Of a DNA stretch of 64,000 nucleotides, positions 53,433-62,047 are shown in pieces (the stretch's first letter is position 1; each line of letters opens with the position of its first letter). Origin of the DNA: Candidatus Poseidoniaceae archaeon (GTDB taxonomy: Archaea > Thermoplasmatota > Poseidoniia > Poseidoniales > Poseidoniaceae); NCBI GenBank assembly GCA_938030705.1, contig CALHIR010000010.1:47130-111129 (forward strand). The letters are read 5' to 3'. Under the pieces are notes generated by a model. It was not told the DNA's origin. It worked only from the letters and a program-made list of their open reading frames with translations, and did no database searches. Made by a program: the position numbers and the translations under genes.

Positions 53433-54170
53433 TCATAGAATGTTGGCTTCATCACGAAGCAGTTTTGCGACTTCCGCAGCTGATGCGCCACCCTCGTAGC
53501 TCTTCCCTGCAGGTTTGGCTGGCGGGAGTGAATGGGATACGATGGAGACCGAGGGGGCGGGTGCCTCTATAGAGCGAACATCGACACTCGCTTTCTTGGC
53601 TTGCATGATGCCCTTGACATTTGGCTTTCGGACCTTGAAACCTCCTTTGTCGCACGAGACCACGGCAGGGAGTGGGACGCTGACTTTGGCGTTGCCTCCC
53701 CCGCTTGGCATGGTCACCGAGAGACCACCATCGAAACCAGCACCGATGATGTTCGAAACGGATGCCCAACCCATGCGCTCGGCCACGCCGGGGCCCGTTG
53801 AACCTGCACCCGTGTCGGCTGCGGATTTCCCACAGTAGACCACTTCGCCTCCAAGATCTCCAATGGCTTGGGCTAGGATGGATTGCAGGGCGTTGGAATC
53901 CATTTCACCACCTGCGTCGATGCGAACGATATGGTCCACACCAATCGCTTTGGCGTCTTTGAGAATCTTTTCTGCTCCGGCTCCTCCAACGGTAAGGGCG
54001 GTGACTTCACCTCCCGACGCGTCCCGGTGCTGGAGCGCAGTCTCGACAGCAAATTCGTCGTAGGGGCTCATGACCATCTTGACCGATGAGAGGTCTACTC
54101 GGTCGCCGTTGACCACAATCTTGGCGTTGGTGTCGGGAACTTGTTTGACGAGGACGATGATGTTGGGCAT
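53433..54170 (-). CDS. etfB: electron transfer flavoprotein subunit beta
   Basis: Starts at the internal Met (MPNIIVLVKQVPDT), the typical EtfB N-terminus. The upstream 51 codons of ORF 53433..54323 are an unlikely extension. Confidence 0.85.
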   Translation of the reverse strand: MPNIIVLVKQVPDTNAKIVVNGDRVDLSSVKMVMSPYDEFAVETALQHRDASGGEVTALTVGGAGAEKILKDAKAIGVDHIVRIDAGGEMDSNALQSILAQAIGDLGGEVVYCGKSAADTGAGSTGPGVAERMGWASVSNIIGAGFDGGLSVTMPSGGGNAKVSVPLPAVVSCDKGGFKVRKPNVKGIMQAKKASVDVRSIEAPAPSVSIVSHSLPPAKPAGKSYEGGASAAEVAKLLRDEANIL

Positions 54171-54313
54171 GTGAATCAACTCGAATACTTGAGGAAACCC
54201 ACCCGAAGTCCATTCATGAACCTTGCCACGGTGCCACATGGGCACATCCCTGAGGAGAAGGATTCGGTTTGATTGGTTAGTATTATGAACCGTCTTAACA
54301 CCGGAGAAATTCC

Positions 54314-55165
54314 ATGTCGCCACCGAAGAAAGTTGATGTTAATCCAGACGAGCAAATCGTACTTCGCGAGTGGCGTGAACTGATCGTGGAAAACTACGAA
54401 AATGACATTGCTCGGTTGGAAGGCTTGGAGGAAAGTGTGCAGGGTTTTCATGTTGAACACGCCCTCATGGACCAAAAAGACACGCTCCGTCGCTTCTTTC
54501 ACGAAAAGCCAACGCGAGCCTTGGAACTCGGTTCGAGAATCATGCGAGAACAATTCGACAACCACCATATTCCAACTCGGCCGGTCCTGCGAGTTGTTGG
54601 TCTTTCCGAAAATTACCTCAACCGTGTGGACGACTTAAGGATGCGTGACCGAAACGATTTGGTTTCCCTTGACGTGAAAATCAACGAGGTGTCTCACGCT
54701 TACGGCTGGCTCAAGTTGGCCGTCTACGAATGCATGGACTGTGAATCGCGCGTGGAAGTTCCCCAGCGGCGAGCTCGTGAACGAGAGAGCCCCGTGCTCT
54801 GCCGCCCTTGCCTCAACCAAGCCATGGAGGGCTTCAAGAACACCGATATCCCAAGGAGCTTCATTCGTCCACAAAGTGATTTCCTGATGGTCGTTGAAGA
54901 GTGCAAGTACGAGGATGTTCAGGACATCAGCATGAGTCAAATCACGTACAACAGCGAACATCATCTCATCAACTGTTCAACCCGGAATCAAATTCTTGGG
55001 ACCATCACCGATGATCTGGTCGACCAACTTCGGCCGTCGACCTACATGCGAATCAACGGCATCGTGCGTGTTCAGCCCGTACCTGACCGGACCTTCTCCA
55101 AAGATACCCGTCGCCTTCTCTCCATTGACATCTTGAGCGTCGAGGAACTTCATATTGAGGAATGA
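54314..55165 (+). CDS. MCM N-terminal-domain-only protein (zinc finger plus OB fold, no AAA+ module)
   Basis: 283 aa. AVYECMDCESRVEV...VLCRPC (C4 zinc motif) followed by an OB-fold segment (ILGTITDDLVDQLRPSTYMRINGIVRV) that aligns with the MCM N-terminal domain C. The gene ends 3 nt before an opposite-strand gene, so no ATPase domain follows. Confidence 0.55.
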   Translation: MSPPKKVDVNPDEQIVLREWRELIVENYENDIARLEGLEESVQGFHVEHALMDQKDTLRRFFHEKPTRALELGSRIMREQFDNHHIPTRPVLRVVGLSENYLNRVDDLRMRDRNDLVSLDVKINEVSHAYGWLKLAVYECMDCESRVEVPQRRARERESPVLCRPCLNQAMEGFKNTDIPRSFIRPQSDFLMVVEECKYEDVQDISMSQITYNSEHHLINCSTRNQILGTITDDLVDQLRPSTYMRINGIVRVQPVPDRTFSKDTRRLLSIDILSVEELHIEE

Positions 55166-55167
55166 AG

Positions 55168-56325
55168 TTAATCTCGCATGATCGCTGTGACGTTGTCAAG
55201 CGTTTCAGGATGAGCCTCAAAGTGAGCGGCCAACCCCTCGAGGCCTTTCGCCAACCCGTCAGCGACCCCAAATTTGGCATCCAGAGGGTGAAGGGTGCCG
55301 TCCATGATGGCGTTTCGAAAGGCATCCAAACTCGTCCATGTGCTGGGTTCCCCGAATTTGGGGTTAGGGGTGACGTGGATGGCCCCGAATTCAGGAAGCA
55401 AAATGTGTTCGGCGAGTTCATACACCGGCGAGTTCGGGTCATCGGGTGAGATGTAGGCCTTCTTCATCTTCTTGCGTATCTTTTCGGGTGTATCGTGCAG
55501 CAAGAGGGCACCGTTGGGATCCGATTTTGACATCTTGTGATCAAAGGATTCCATGCGTGAGCCCGAGGCCTTGAGGGAGGAGATGATGGCGGTGTGAAGG
55601 CAGGTTGCTTTTTGCCAATTGTACTTGGAGGCCACGTCTCGCATGAACATGTGGGCTTTTCGTTGGTCCATCCCGCCAATGGCGATGTCGATGTCCATCT
55701 CAAAGATATCAGCGGCTTGCATGGCAGGGTAGTAAAACTTGGAGAGGTCGTGGTCGGAGGAGGCTTCATCTCGGCCCATGATGGTGAAGGTCTTTCTGAC
55801 CATGGCTAAGGTCGCCCCCTTTGAACAGCGCAACACTCGGGCCCAATAATCGCTGGATTCCATCAACTCAGAAGCCCACTTGAATTGCAATTCCCCCGGT
55901 CCACTGCCTTCTGGCGGGTGATTGAGAAGGGCTCGAAATGTTTCCTGCATGTAGACGCCGGTTGTTTTGATGGCCTCCATGTCACCGTTGAACTTGTCGT
56001 TTACCCAAGCGTGCCAGTCAGCCAAGAAGACCATCACGTTGGCCTTGGCGTCGAGCATGCGTCGGAGTTGGAGGGCCAGCACCTTCCAACCAATGTGGGC
56101 CTTTCCGCTTGGTTCAAACCCGACATAGCATCGCAAAACATCGTCGCCGCTGTGTGATGTCCCGTTCTGAAGGGCGTCGATGAGGTGGTCAACACCCACG
56201 ACTTCTTCCACGGAGCCGACCATCAATTCGAGTCGTTCTTTCATCGTGGTATCCAGGGAGGCATAACCTTCCTTGGAAGCGAGCAAGGCAGGGATGTCTT
56301 GCTTGGTGGTCATCCAATCCCTCAA
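55168..56325 (-). CDS. tyrS: tyrosine--tRNA ligase, archaeal type (class Ic; TrpRS not fully excluded)
   Basis: 385 aa. GFEPSGKAHIG (HIGH-type), LADWHA, YPAMQAADI, GGMDQRKAHM, KMSKS, and C-terminal DTPEKIRKKMKKAY closely parallel archaeal TyrRS. Confidence 0.65.
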   Translation of the reverse strand: MRDWMTTKQDIPALLASKEGYASLDTTMKERLELMVGSVEEVVGVDHLIDALQNGTSHSGDDVLRCYVGFEPSGKAHIGWKVLALQLRRMLDAKANVMVFLADWHAWVNDKFNGDMEAIKTTGVYMQETFRALLNHPPEGSGPGELQFKWASELMESSDYWARVLRCSKGATLAMVRKTFTIMGRDEASSDHDLSKFYYPAMQAADIFEMDIDIAIGGMDQRKAHMFMRDVASKYNWQKATCLHTAIISSLKASGSRMESFDHKMSKSDPNGALLLHDTPEKIRKKMKKAYISPDDPNSPVYELAEHILLPEFGAIHVTPNPKFGEPSTWTSLDAFRNAIMDGTLHPLDAKFGVADGLAKGLEGLAAHFEAHPETLDNVTAIMRD

Positions 56326-56846
56326 AACAACTTGTCCAATTTCTTCACTTGGGTTTCAGAAGGTGGTGTTCCCGCTTCGATCATCGACTCGAGCATAGCG
56401 ATCAATTCATGCGCTTGATCAATCTTGCTTTGGTCAAGTTTTTTCATCAGTTCCATGGATTTGTGGGCCATTTTGATGGCGGATTTCGCCTTTGAGAATT
56501 TCTTTGCTTCCTCCTTTGCTTTATCTCCACGTTGCTTTGCGTTGTACCCCGTGGCTTCATCGAGGAAGCCGGACCAGCGCTTACGAGATTCCATGGCCAT
56601 GCTTGGGCCCTCTTCAGTATCCAGGAATTCAGCGAGTTCGCTTCCCTTGAGTTGCACGACGTCAACGGCCAGTTTTCCGCTGTCGTCATAGGAGCCACGA
56701 ACGCTTTTCAGCAAACCGTAAGATCCTGTGAAGACGCCGTCAGCATCCACGTTAATGTCTTCAAAGTAGGTCGTCGCCAACTTGGCAAGACCAGCGTTTC
56801 CACCCGTTGATTTTATCAGGCCACGCTTGACAGCAAATCGCTCCAT
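56322..56846 (-). CDS. hypothetical protein
   Basis: 174 aa. 4-nt overlap with tyrS. Lys/Glu-rich helical C-terminus. Confidence 0.4.
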   Translation of the reverse strand: MERFAVKRGLIKSTGGNAGLAKLATTYFEDINVDADGVFTGSYGLLKSVRGSYDDSGKLAVDVVQLKGSELAEFLDTEEGPSMAMESRKRWSGFLDEATGYNAKQRGDKAKEEAKKFSKAKSAIKMAHKSMELMKKLDQSKIDQAHELIAMLESMIEAGTPPSETQVKKLDKLF

Positions 56847-56947
56847 GTGGTGCGCAACGGTCAGCGTCTCATAAGCCCACCGTCCGAACCGCTAGTTTGA
56901 ACCCATCTCATGGGAGATGTTTTGATGCAAGCCATGGTCGCGATTCC

Positions 56948-58123
56948 ATGCGAAGGCAAACTTGGCTGGCGATTGGACTTCTCACAGTCCTGCTCGCCCC
57001 GCTGGCCACGGCGGACCTCGTCAGTCGAATTGAGTTGGAGGATGCGGGTGCACTTGGCGACAGCGATCTTGGTATCAAGGTGGGGGCTGTTTCACCGAAC
57101 GGTCAAGATGTTCTCATCGGCGGCATGAACGGCTTTGCTCGGCTTCTCTCAGCTGAGGATGCCGGTAACCGGGCGTTGGATGTTGAACTGGTGACCGGCC
57201 GAAACTCTACGATTCAGGACATTGCTTGGCATCCACGCGGCAACACGGCGCTCTTGGTCGGCGATGAAGGCATGGCCATGCGATACGACACCTACGACCA
57301 CAGCATTACCTATGTCAACGGCACGTTCTCCGTCCTTGGCCACGACCTCACATCGGTTGTTTGGCGCCCCAGTGGTGATTTCGCCTACGTTGCTTCCTCG
57401 GAAGGCAAGGTTTGGAAGTTTGCAGAACACACCGGCTTCGAACCGCTCGAAAACACGGCCCAAAGCAGGGTGACTGATTTCTCCTGCCATCCAAACAAAA
57501 ACGTGTGCTTCATGGCCACTGTCGATGATGGTTTGGCGGTTATTGACCAAAGTTTCGCCGTGGCATGGTTGACTCAAACGGCCGCCTATACCTGGGTTGG
57601 TGTGGATTGCGCAAGCTCGGTGCTCAACGAATGTGTTGGCTTTGCCAGCGGACTTGAGAGCAAAGTCATCCGAATCAATGCTCTGGACGCCCGTCAATCC
57701 ACCGTAGAAGAGAACGTCCCTTGGGACATACCCACGGGTGATTTCGTGGATGTCTCAAGGGGTTATGACGGAACCAGTATGGTCCATCTTGCCCCACTCG
57801 GTTTGGTGCGCTTCGCTCCGCTCTCGGGAGATGCCTTCTCTGTTTTGCTTCCGGAGGATGCTGCTGCGTGGGACCCCGTAATCGCCGGCCGTGGCCTTCC
57901 CGTTGTGTGGGAGAACACACGGCACAACGGCTTCATCATAACGGACTTTGGAAACATCATCTCCTTCACACCAGCGGTCGAGGAAGTTGAAATGAACATC
58001 ATGGACGTCTTGGTCCTCGGTGCTGTGGCTGTTTCGGTCCCGGGCGTCATTCTGGGACTGATTTACATGAACAGTCCTTGGTTGCAACGAAAGTACCGCG
58101 AATTACGGTTTGGAAAGAAATGA
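56948..58123 (+). CDS. secreted beta-propeller-like protein with C-terminal membrane anchor, hypothetical
   Basis: Signal peptide (MRRQTWLAIGLLTVLLAPLATA), repeated beta blocks, C-terminal TM (VLVLGAVAVSVPGVILGLIYM) followed by basic residues. Confidence 0.5.
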   Translation: MRRQTWLAIGLLTVLLAPLATADLVSRIELEDAGALGDSDLGIKVGAVSPNGQDVLIGGMNGFARLLSAEDAGNRALDVELVTGRNSTIQDIAWHPRGNTALLVGDEGMAMRYDTYDHSITYVNGTFSVLGHDLTSVVWRPSGDFAYVASSEGKVWKFAEHTGFEPLENTAQSRVTDFSCHPNKNVCFMATVDDGLAVIDQSFAVAWLTQTAAYTWVGVDCASSVLNECVGFASGLESKVIRINALDARQSTVEENVPWDIPTGDFVDVSRGYDGTSMVHLAPLGLVRFAPLSGDAFSVLLPEDAAAWDPVIAGRGLPVVWENTRHNGFIITDFGNIISFTPAVEEVEMNIMDVLVLGAVAVSVPGVILGLIYMNSPWLQRKYRELRFGKK

Positions 58124-58195
58124 GTTCCTGCTTTCTATCAAGCGAGGGGACATGTTCATGAAGCACCCGCGTGGCAGGTCACGTGAGGGTGTTCT

Positions 58196-59371
58196 ATGGA
58201 GCCGTTTGAAGGACTCGATTTTTACGATGTTGATAGCCTCTTAACCGAGGAAGAAATCATGGTTCGCGACATGGTTCGTGAATGGGTCGACGAAGCCGTC
58301 ATCCCCAAGATTGAACAAGCCTGCGAGGAAGGTGTTTTCCTCGATGAATGGCGCGTTGCTCTTGGTGAAATGGGCGTCCTCGGTGCACCTTTGAAGGGAT
58401 ACGGCTGTCCAGGGCTATCGTACATCGCCTACGGCCTGATCTGCCAAGAACTGGAACGTGGAGACAGCGGGCTTCGCTCCTTTGCATCCGTTCAAGGCTC
58501 GCTGGCCATGTACCCGATCTGGGATTTTGGCACGGAAGAACAGAAAGAGAAGTATCTGCCAAAAATGGCGTCTGGTGAATGGGTTGGCTGTTTCGGCTTG
58601 ACCGAACCCGACTACGGTTCAAACCCGGGCGATATGGTCACGAAGGCTGAAGACAAAGGCGATCATTACCTTCTGAACGGAGCGAAAATGTGGATCACCA
58701 ACGGAACCATCGCTGATGTTGCCGTGGTGTGGGCCAAACTCGATGGCGTGATTCGTGGCTTTATCGTTGAGAAAGGCGATGAGGGCTTTACCGCACCCGA
58801 GATGAAAGGCAAGCACTCATTGAAAGCAAGCGTTACCAGCGAATTGGTGTTCCAGGACTGCAAGATTCCCAAAGACCGGATGCTTCCAGGTGTGAAGGGT
58901 CTAAGGGGGCCGTTTTCATGCCTGAACAACGCCCGCTACGGCATCTCGTGGGGAGCATTGGGCTCGGCCATGGCCTGCTTCCACAGTGCCAAAACCTACG
59001 CCTTGTCCCGTATTCAATTCGACCACCCCATCGCTTCTTACCAATTGGTACAGAACAAACTGGCGTGGATGCTTCGTGAAATTACCAAGGGGCAACTCCT
59101 GGCCTATCACCTTGGCAAGAAGAAGGACGACGGGTCGTGGTTCCCCGAACAGATTTCTCTTGCAAAGATGAACAACGTGGACATTGCGTTGGAGATTGCT
59201 CGTGTAGCCCGGGATATCCACGGAGCGAACGGGATTCTTGACGAGTACCCCATCATGCGCCACATGGCCAACCTTGAGTCGGTCAAGACCTACGAAGGAA
59301 CTCACGATATTCACAATCTCATTCTGGGTCGATACATCACGGGCATTCAAGCCTTCACCCGAAATGCTTGA
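58196..59371 (+). CDS. acyl-CoA dehydrogenase (glutaryl-CoA dehydrogenase-like)
   Basis: 391 aa. ACAD N/M/C domains (GCFGLTEPDYGSNPG; WITNG; catalytic-base region YEGTHDIHNLILGR). Confidence 0.88.
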   Translation: MEPFEGLDFYDVDSLLTEEEIMVRDMVREWVDEAVIPKIEQACEEGVFLDEWRVALGEMGVLGAPLKGYGCPGLSYIAYGLICQELERGDSGLRSFASVQGSLAMYPIWDFGTEEQKEKYLPKMASGEWVGCFGLTEPDYGSNPGDMVTKAEDKGDHYLLNGAKMWITNGTIADVAVVWAKLDGVIRGFIVEKGDEGFTAPEMKGKHSLKASVTSELVFQDCKIPKDRMLPGVKGLRGPFSCLNNARYGISWGALGSAMACFHSAKTYALSRIQFDHPIASYQLVQNKLAWMLREITKGQLLAYHLGKKKDDGSWFPEQISLAKMNNVDIALEIARVARDIHGANGILDEYPIMRHMANLESVKTYEGTHDIHNLILGRYITGIQAFTRNA

Positions 59372-59442
59372 TTCGTGAAGTTTGTCTCGTTGACTGCAGC
59401 CATATTGAGCAGTCAACTCATGCTTCCTCGCCGGGAGCACAC

Positions 59443-60792
59443 TCAAACTGCGGGGAGGAGGCCGACGCGTGCCAAGGCCCCCCATACGGGGTCAAGGAAT
59501 CCTGGCAGGAAACGGTGTCGAAGGTAAACGGCTGCTGCCAGCGAGATTTTTTGCACCTTGTTGAGTTTCACTCGCTTGGTGAAGACGTCGCCTTGTTGCT
59601 TCTCGATTTGGCGGAGAATCTTATCGTAAAAGGCGATCATGGCTGCGGGAGAATATCGTGTGCGACGGGGGAGGAGGGGGAGCAAGGCTCGAGCTTCCTC
59701 AAGGTAGGTGCGTGCACGAGATGCGTAATTTCTGCAGTACGGTTCCCAGTGCTTGTTGAGGACGATTTCACCTTCGCTGAGTTCGCCCTCGGTCATGCCA
59801 TTGCTCTCCAATTCATCGAGGGGAAGGTACACGCGGTCCCTCTGAATGTCTTCTCCGACATCTCTGAGGACATTGGTCAGTTGCATGAAGATGCCCCAAG
59901 ATTCTGCATATTTTCGGGCCATGGGGTTGTCGTATCCATAGACTTCGATGCACATCAACCCCACAACAGAAGCGACACGGTAGCAGTAGACGTAGAGTTC
60001 GTCAAAGGTTCGATATCGGTTGTTGTAGAGGTCGTCCTCCATGCCGGAGATCAGGTCATCGAAGACCTCTCGGGGGATGTTGTAGCGTTGCACGGTATCT
60101 TTCAAGGCGAGGAACACCGGGTCGGTGGAGTGAACATCACCGTAGCAGGTGGAGAGTTTCTTCCGGAAGAAAAAGAGTTGAGTGATTTTGTTGAGGTAGG
60201 CCTCTTCGTTGAGGATGGTTCCCCGGTCTTGCAAGGATTCGAGCTGATTCCGGTAAGCGGTTGCCTCCGGGTCCATCTCGCCCTTACTTCCGGGGAAACG
60301 GTCGGCCCAATCACCATCAGCAATGTCGTCTGCCCTACGGCAAAAAGCGTAGATGGCGCACATGGCTGAACGCTGTTCGTCGGGCAGGTACTTGAACGAG
60401 TGGTAAAAATTACCCGCTTCTCGCATCGTCAATTCCTCGCAGTATCGGTAGGCCAGCTTGTGCAGTTCTGCAGGTGGTTTCTCCGACCAAATCGGGGCAT
60501 CGAGGTGGGCGAAGGGGTCGACCAGTTCGTCGGTGTCGCCGACGATACCGATGAACGAGGCACCTTCACGAAGCGCCTCCATGGCGGTTACGCTGACGGC
60601 TTTGACCGCATCTCTGGCGAGGGTGACACCGGCCCTGAGGCGGTCGAGCGTGGTTGGGGGGCGGACTTCTTCTTCGCCGTTCCTGCTCGCTGCATTGCCC
60701 TTGAGCGGGAAGAGCAAATCAAGCGGTTTGCGGCGTTCCAGCATCCTAACCGGTCCTCCCTTGCATCCCTTGTTTATGAGACCTCGCCTCAT
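59443..60792 (-). CDS. squalene/phytoene synthase family protein (HpnD/CrtB-like)
   Basis: 449 aa. YAFCRRADDIADG (first DxxxD region), YCYRVASVVG, NVLRDVGEDIQRDRVYLP (second Asp-rich region). N-terminal extension of about 100 aa. Confidence 0.8.
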   Translation of the reverse strand: MRRGLINKGCKGGPVRMLERRKPLDLLFPLKGNAASRNGEEEVRPPTTLDRLRAGVTLARDAVKAVSVTAMEALREGASFIGIVGDTDELVDPFAHLDAPIWSEKPPAELHKLAYRYCEELTMREAGNFYHSFKYLPDEQRSAMCAIYAFCRRADDIADGDWADRFPGSKGEMDPEATAYRNQLESLQDRGTILNEEAYLNKITQLFFFRKKLSTCYGDVHSTDPVFLALKDTVQRYNIPREVFDDLISGMEDDLYNNRYRTFDELYVYCYRVASVVGLMCIEVYGYDNPMARKYAESWGIFMQLTNVLRDVGEDIQRDRVYLPLDELESNGMTEGELSEGEIVLNKHWEPYCRNYASRARTYLEEARALLPLLPRRTRYSPAAMIAFYDKILRQIEKQQGDVFTKRVKLNKVQKISLAAAVYLRHRFLPGFLDPVWGALARVGLLPAV

Positions 60793-60867
60793 CAGCGTGG
60801 GTCTGATTCGGTGTTCACCTCTATGTGAGTTCCTATTTACAATGAATAATTTATTCTATAGAAACCA
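60793..60867 (-). promoter_or_regulatory. AT-rich intergenic element, candidate promoter (TATA-like) for the downstream squalene/phytoene synthase gene and/or terminator of the upstream one
   Basis: tatttacaatgaataatttattctatagaaacc is the most AT-rich stretch in the window, located between two same-strand genes. Confidence 0.25.
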
Positions 60868-61935
60868 TCATTTGTCGCGATTCTTTTCGAGCAGGCGCTT
60901 CACGCCACCCGGTATGAGGAGCGCACGCAGGAGTTTACGTGCATAGGTTTTCATCTCATCTCGGGTGACTTTGATTCGTTCCTCTGAATTGAGAATATTC
61001 CCCTCACGAAGCAGTGTGACCGTTCGTTGACCAACCAAGACAGGGAGCATGCAGGACGCCTTGAGGCGGAATTGGGTTTCCGGGATCATCCGAATGTAGG
61101 CCGTCGCAGCTTCGAGATGTTCATTGGTCAGGTCCAAGTATCGATCATAAAGCCCACGAAAGGTCGCAAGGTTTCCATCATCAAGCAAATCTTCAGGATT
61201 GAGGCCGATGGCTTCTAAGGAGGATTGCGGGATATAGCATCGTCCGAATCGGAGGTCTTCAGGAATATCTCGAAGGATGTTGATCATTTGCAGAGCCTTA
61301 CCAAATCGAATGCCACGTTCCATGAACAGTGCTTCCTCTTCTGGAGGGAGTTTCATGAGGTGAGCCAATGACATCTTGGTCCAAAAAACCCCGACGCATC
61401 CAGCGACCCGAAAGGTGTAATCATCAAGTTCTTCCTCCGTCCTCAACGCTGAGATTTTTCCACCTTCGTTGGCTGGACCGAAGCGCTCAAGATCAAGAAG
61501 TTGGCCACCAACGATGACATCAAGGCATTCCAGCATGCGTTCCTTGTCTTCGGCGTTATAGATCTGGAGGCCTTCAACGACATCGCTGACATTACGGAGT
61601 AGTTCCGCCTCGTGCGGGTTCGTTTGTATCTCTGCCAGGTCACTCAAATCAGGGAGTTCACTCCCTCGACCTTGCACGGCGTCGTTGTAGGCTTTGAGGT
61701 GCTCGGAAAGCAAAGTTGTCTCTCCTACTTTCGAATCAGCTATGGTATCTGCGACCCTCGCAAGGAGGTACAGGAGTCCGGTTTGCCCTCGTGTTTTCTT
61801 TGGAAGATACTTCAACGTGGGATAAAAAGATCGAGAGGTAGTTTCCAAGAGCCGGTCGATTTTTTCATTCACGAAAACCGACAACTCAATCTCCTCCATT
61901 ACGCCCACAAGTGTCTTCTCCATGAAGATATTCAT
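60868..61935 (-). CDS. squalene/phytoene synthase family protein (HpnC-like paralog)
   Basis: 355 aa. YLLARVADTIADS, YTFRVAGCVGVFWTKM, NILRDIPEDLRFGRCYIP. Confidence 0.8.
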   Translation of the reverse strand: MNIFMEKTLVGVMEEIELSVFVNEKIDRLLETTSRSFYPTLKYLPKKTRGQTGLLYLLARVADTIADSKVGETTLLSEHLKAYNDAVQGRGSELPDLSDLAEIQTNPHEAELLRNVSDVVEGLQIYNAEDKERMLECLDVIVGGQLLDLERFGPANEGGKISALRTEEELDDYTFRVAGCVGVFWTKMSLAHLMKLPPEEEALFMERGIRFGKALQMINILRDIPEDLRFGRCYIPQSSLEAIGLNPEDLLDDGNLATFRGLYDRYLDLTNEHLEAATAYIRMIPETQFRLKASCMLPVLVGQRTVTLLREGNILNSEERIKVTRDEMKTYARKLLRALLIPGGVKRLLEKNRDK

Positions 61936-62047
61936 TCGTTCAAGTCCCCGCTTTGGTGTTGGGTTGGAGAAGCCGCGTGATGGAGGGCATCTTGACGCAA
62001 TCCTTTAGGAACAGTAGCCTGACCAAACCCTAGAAGGGGGTGGCATC

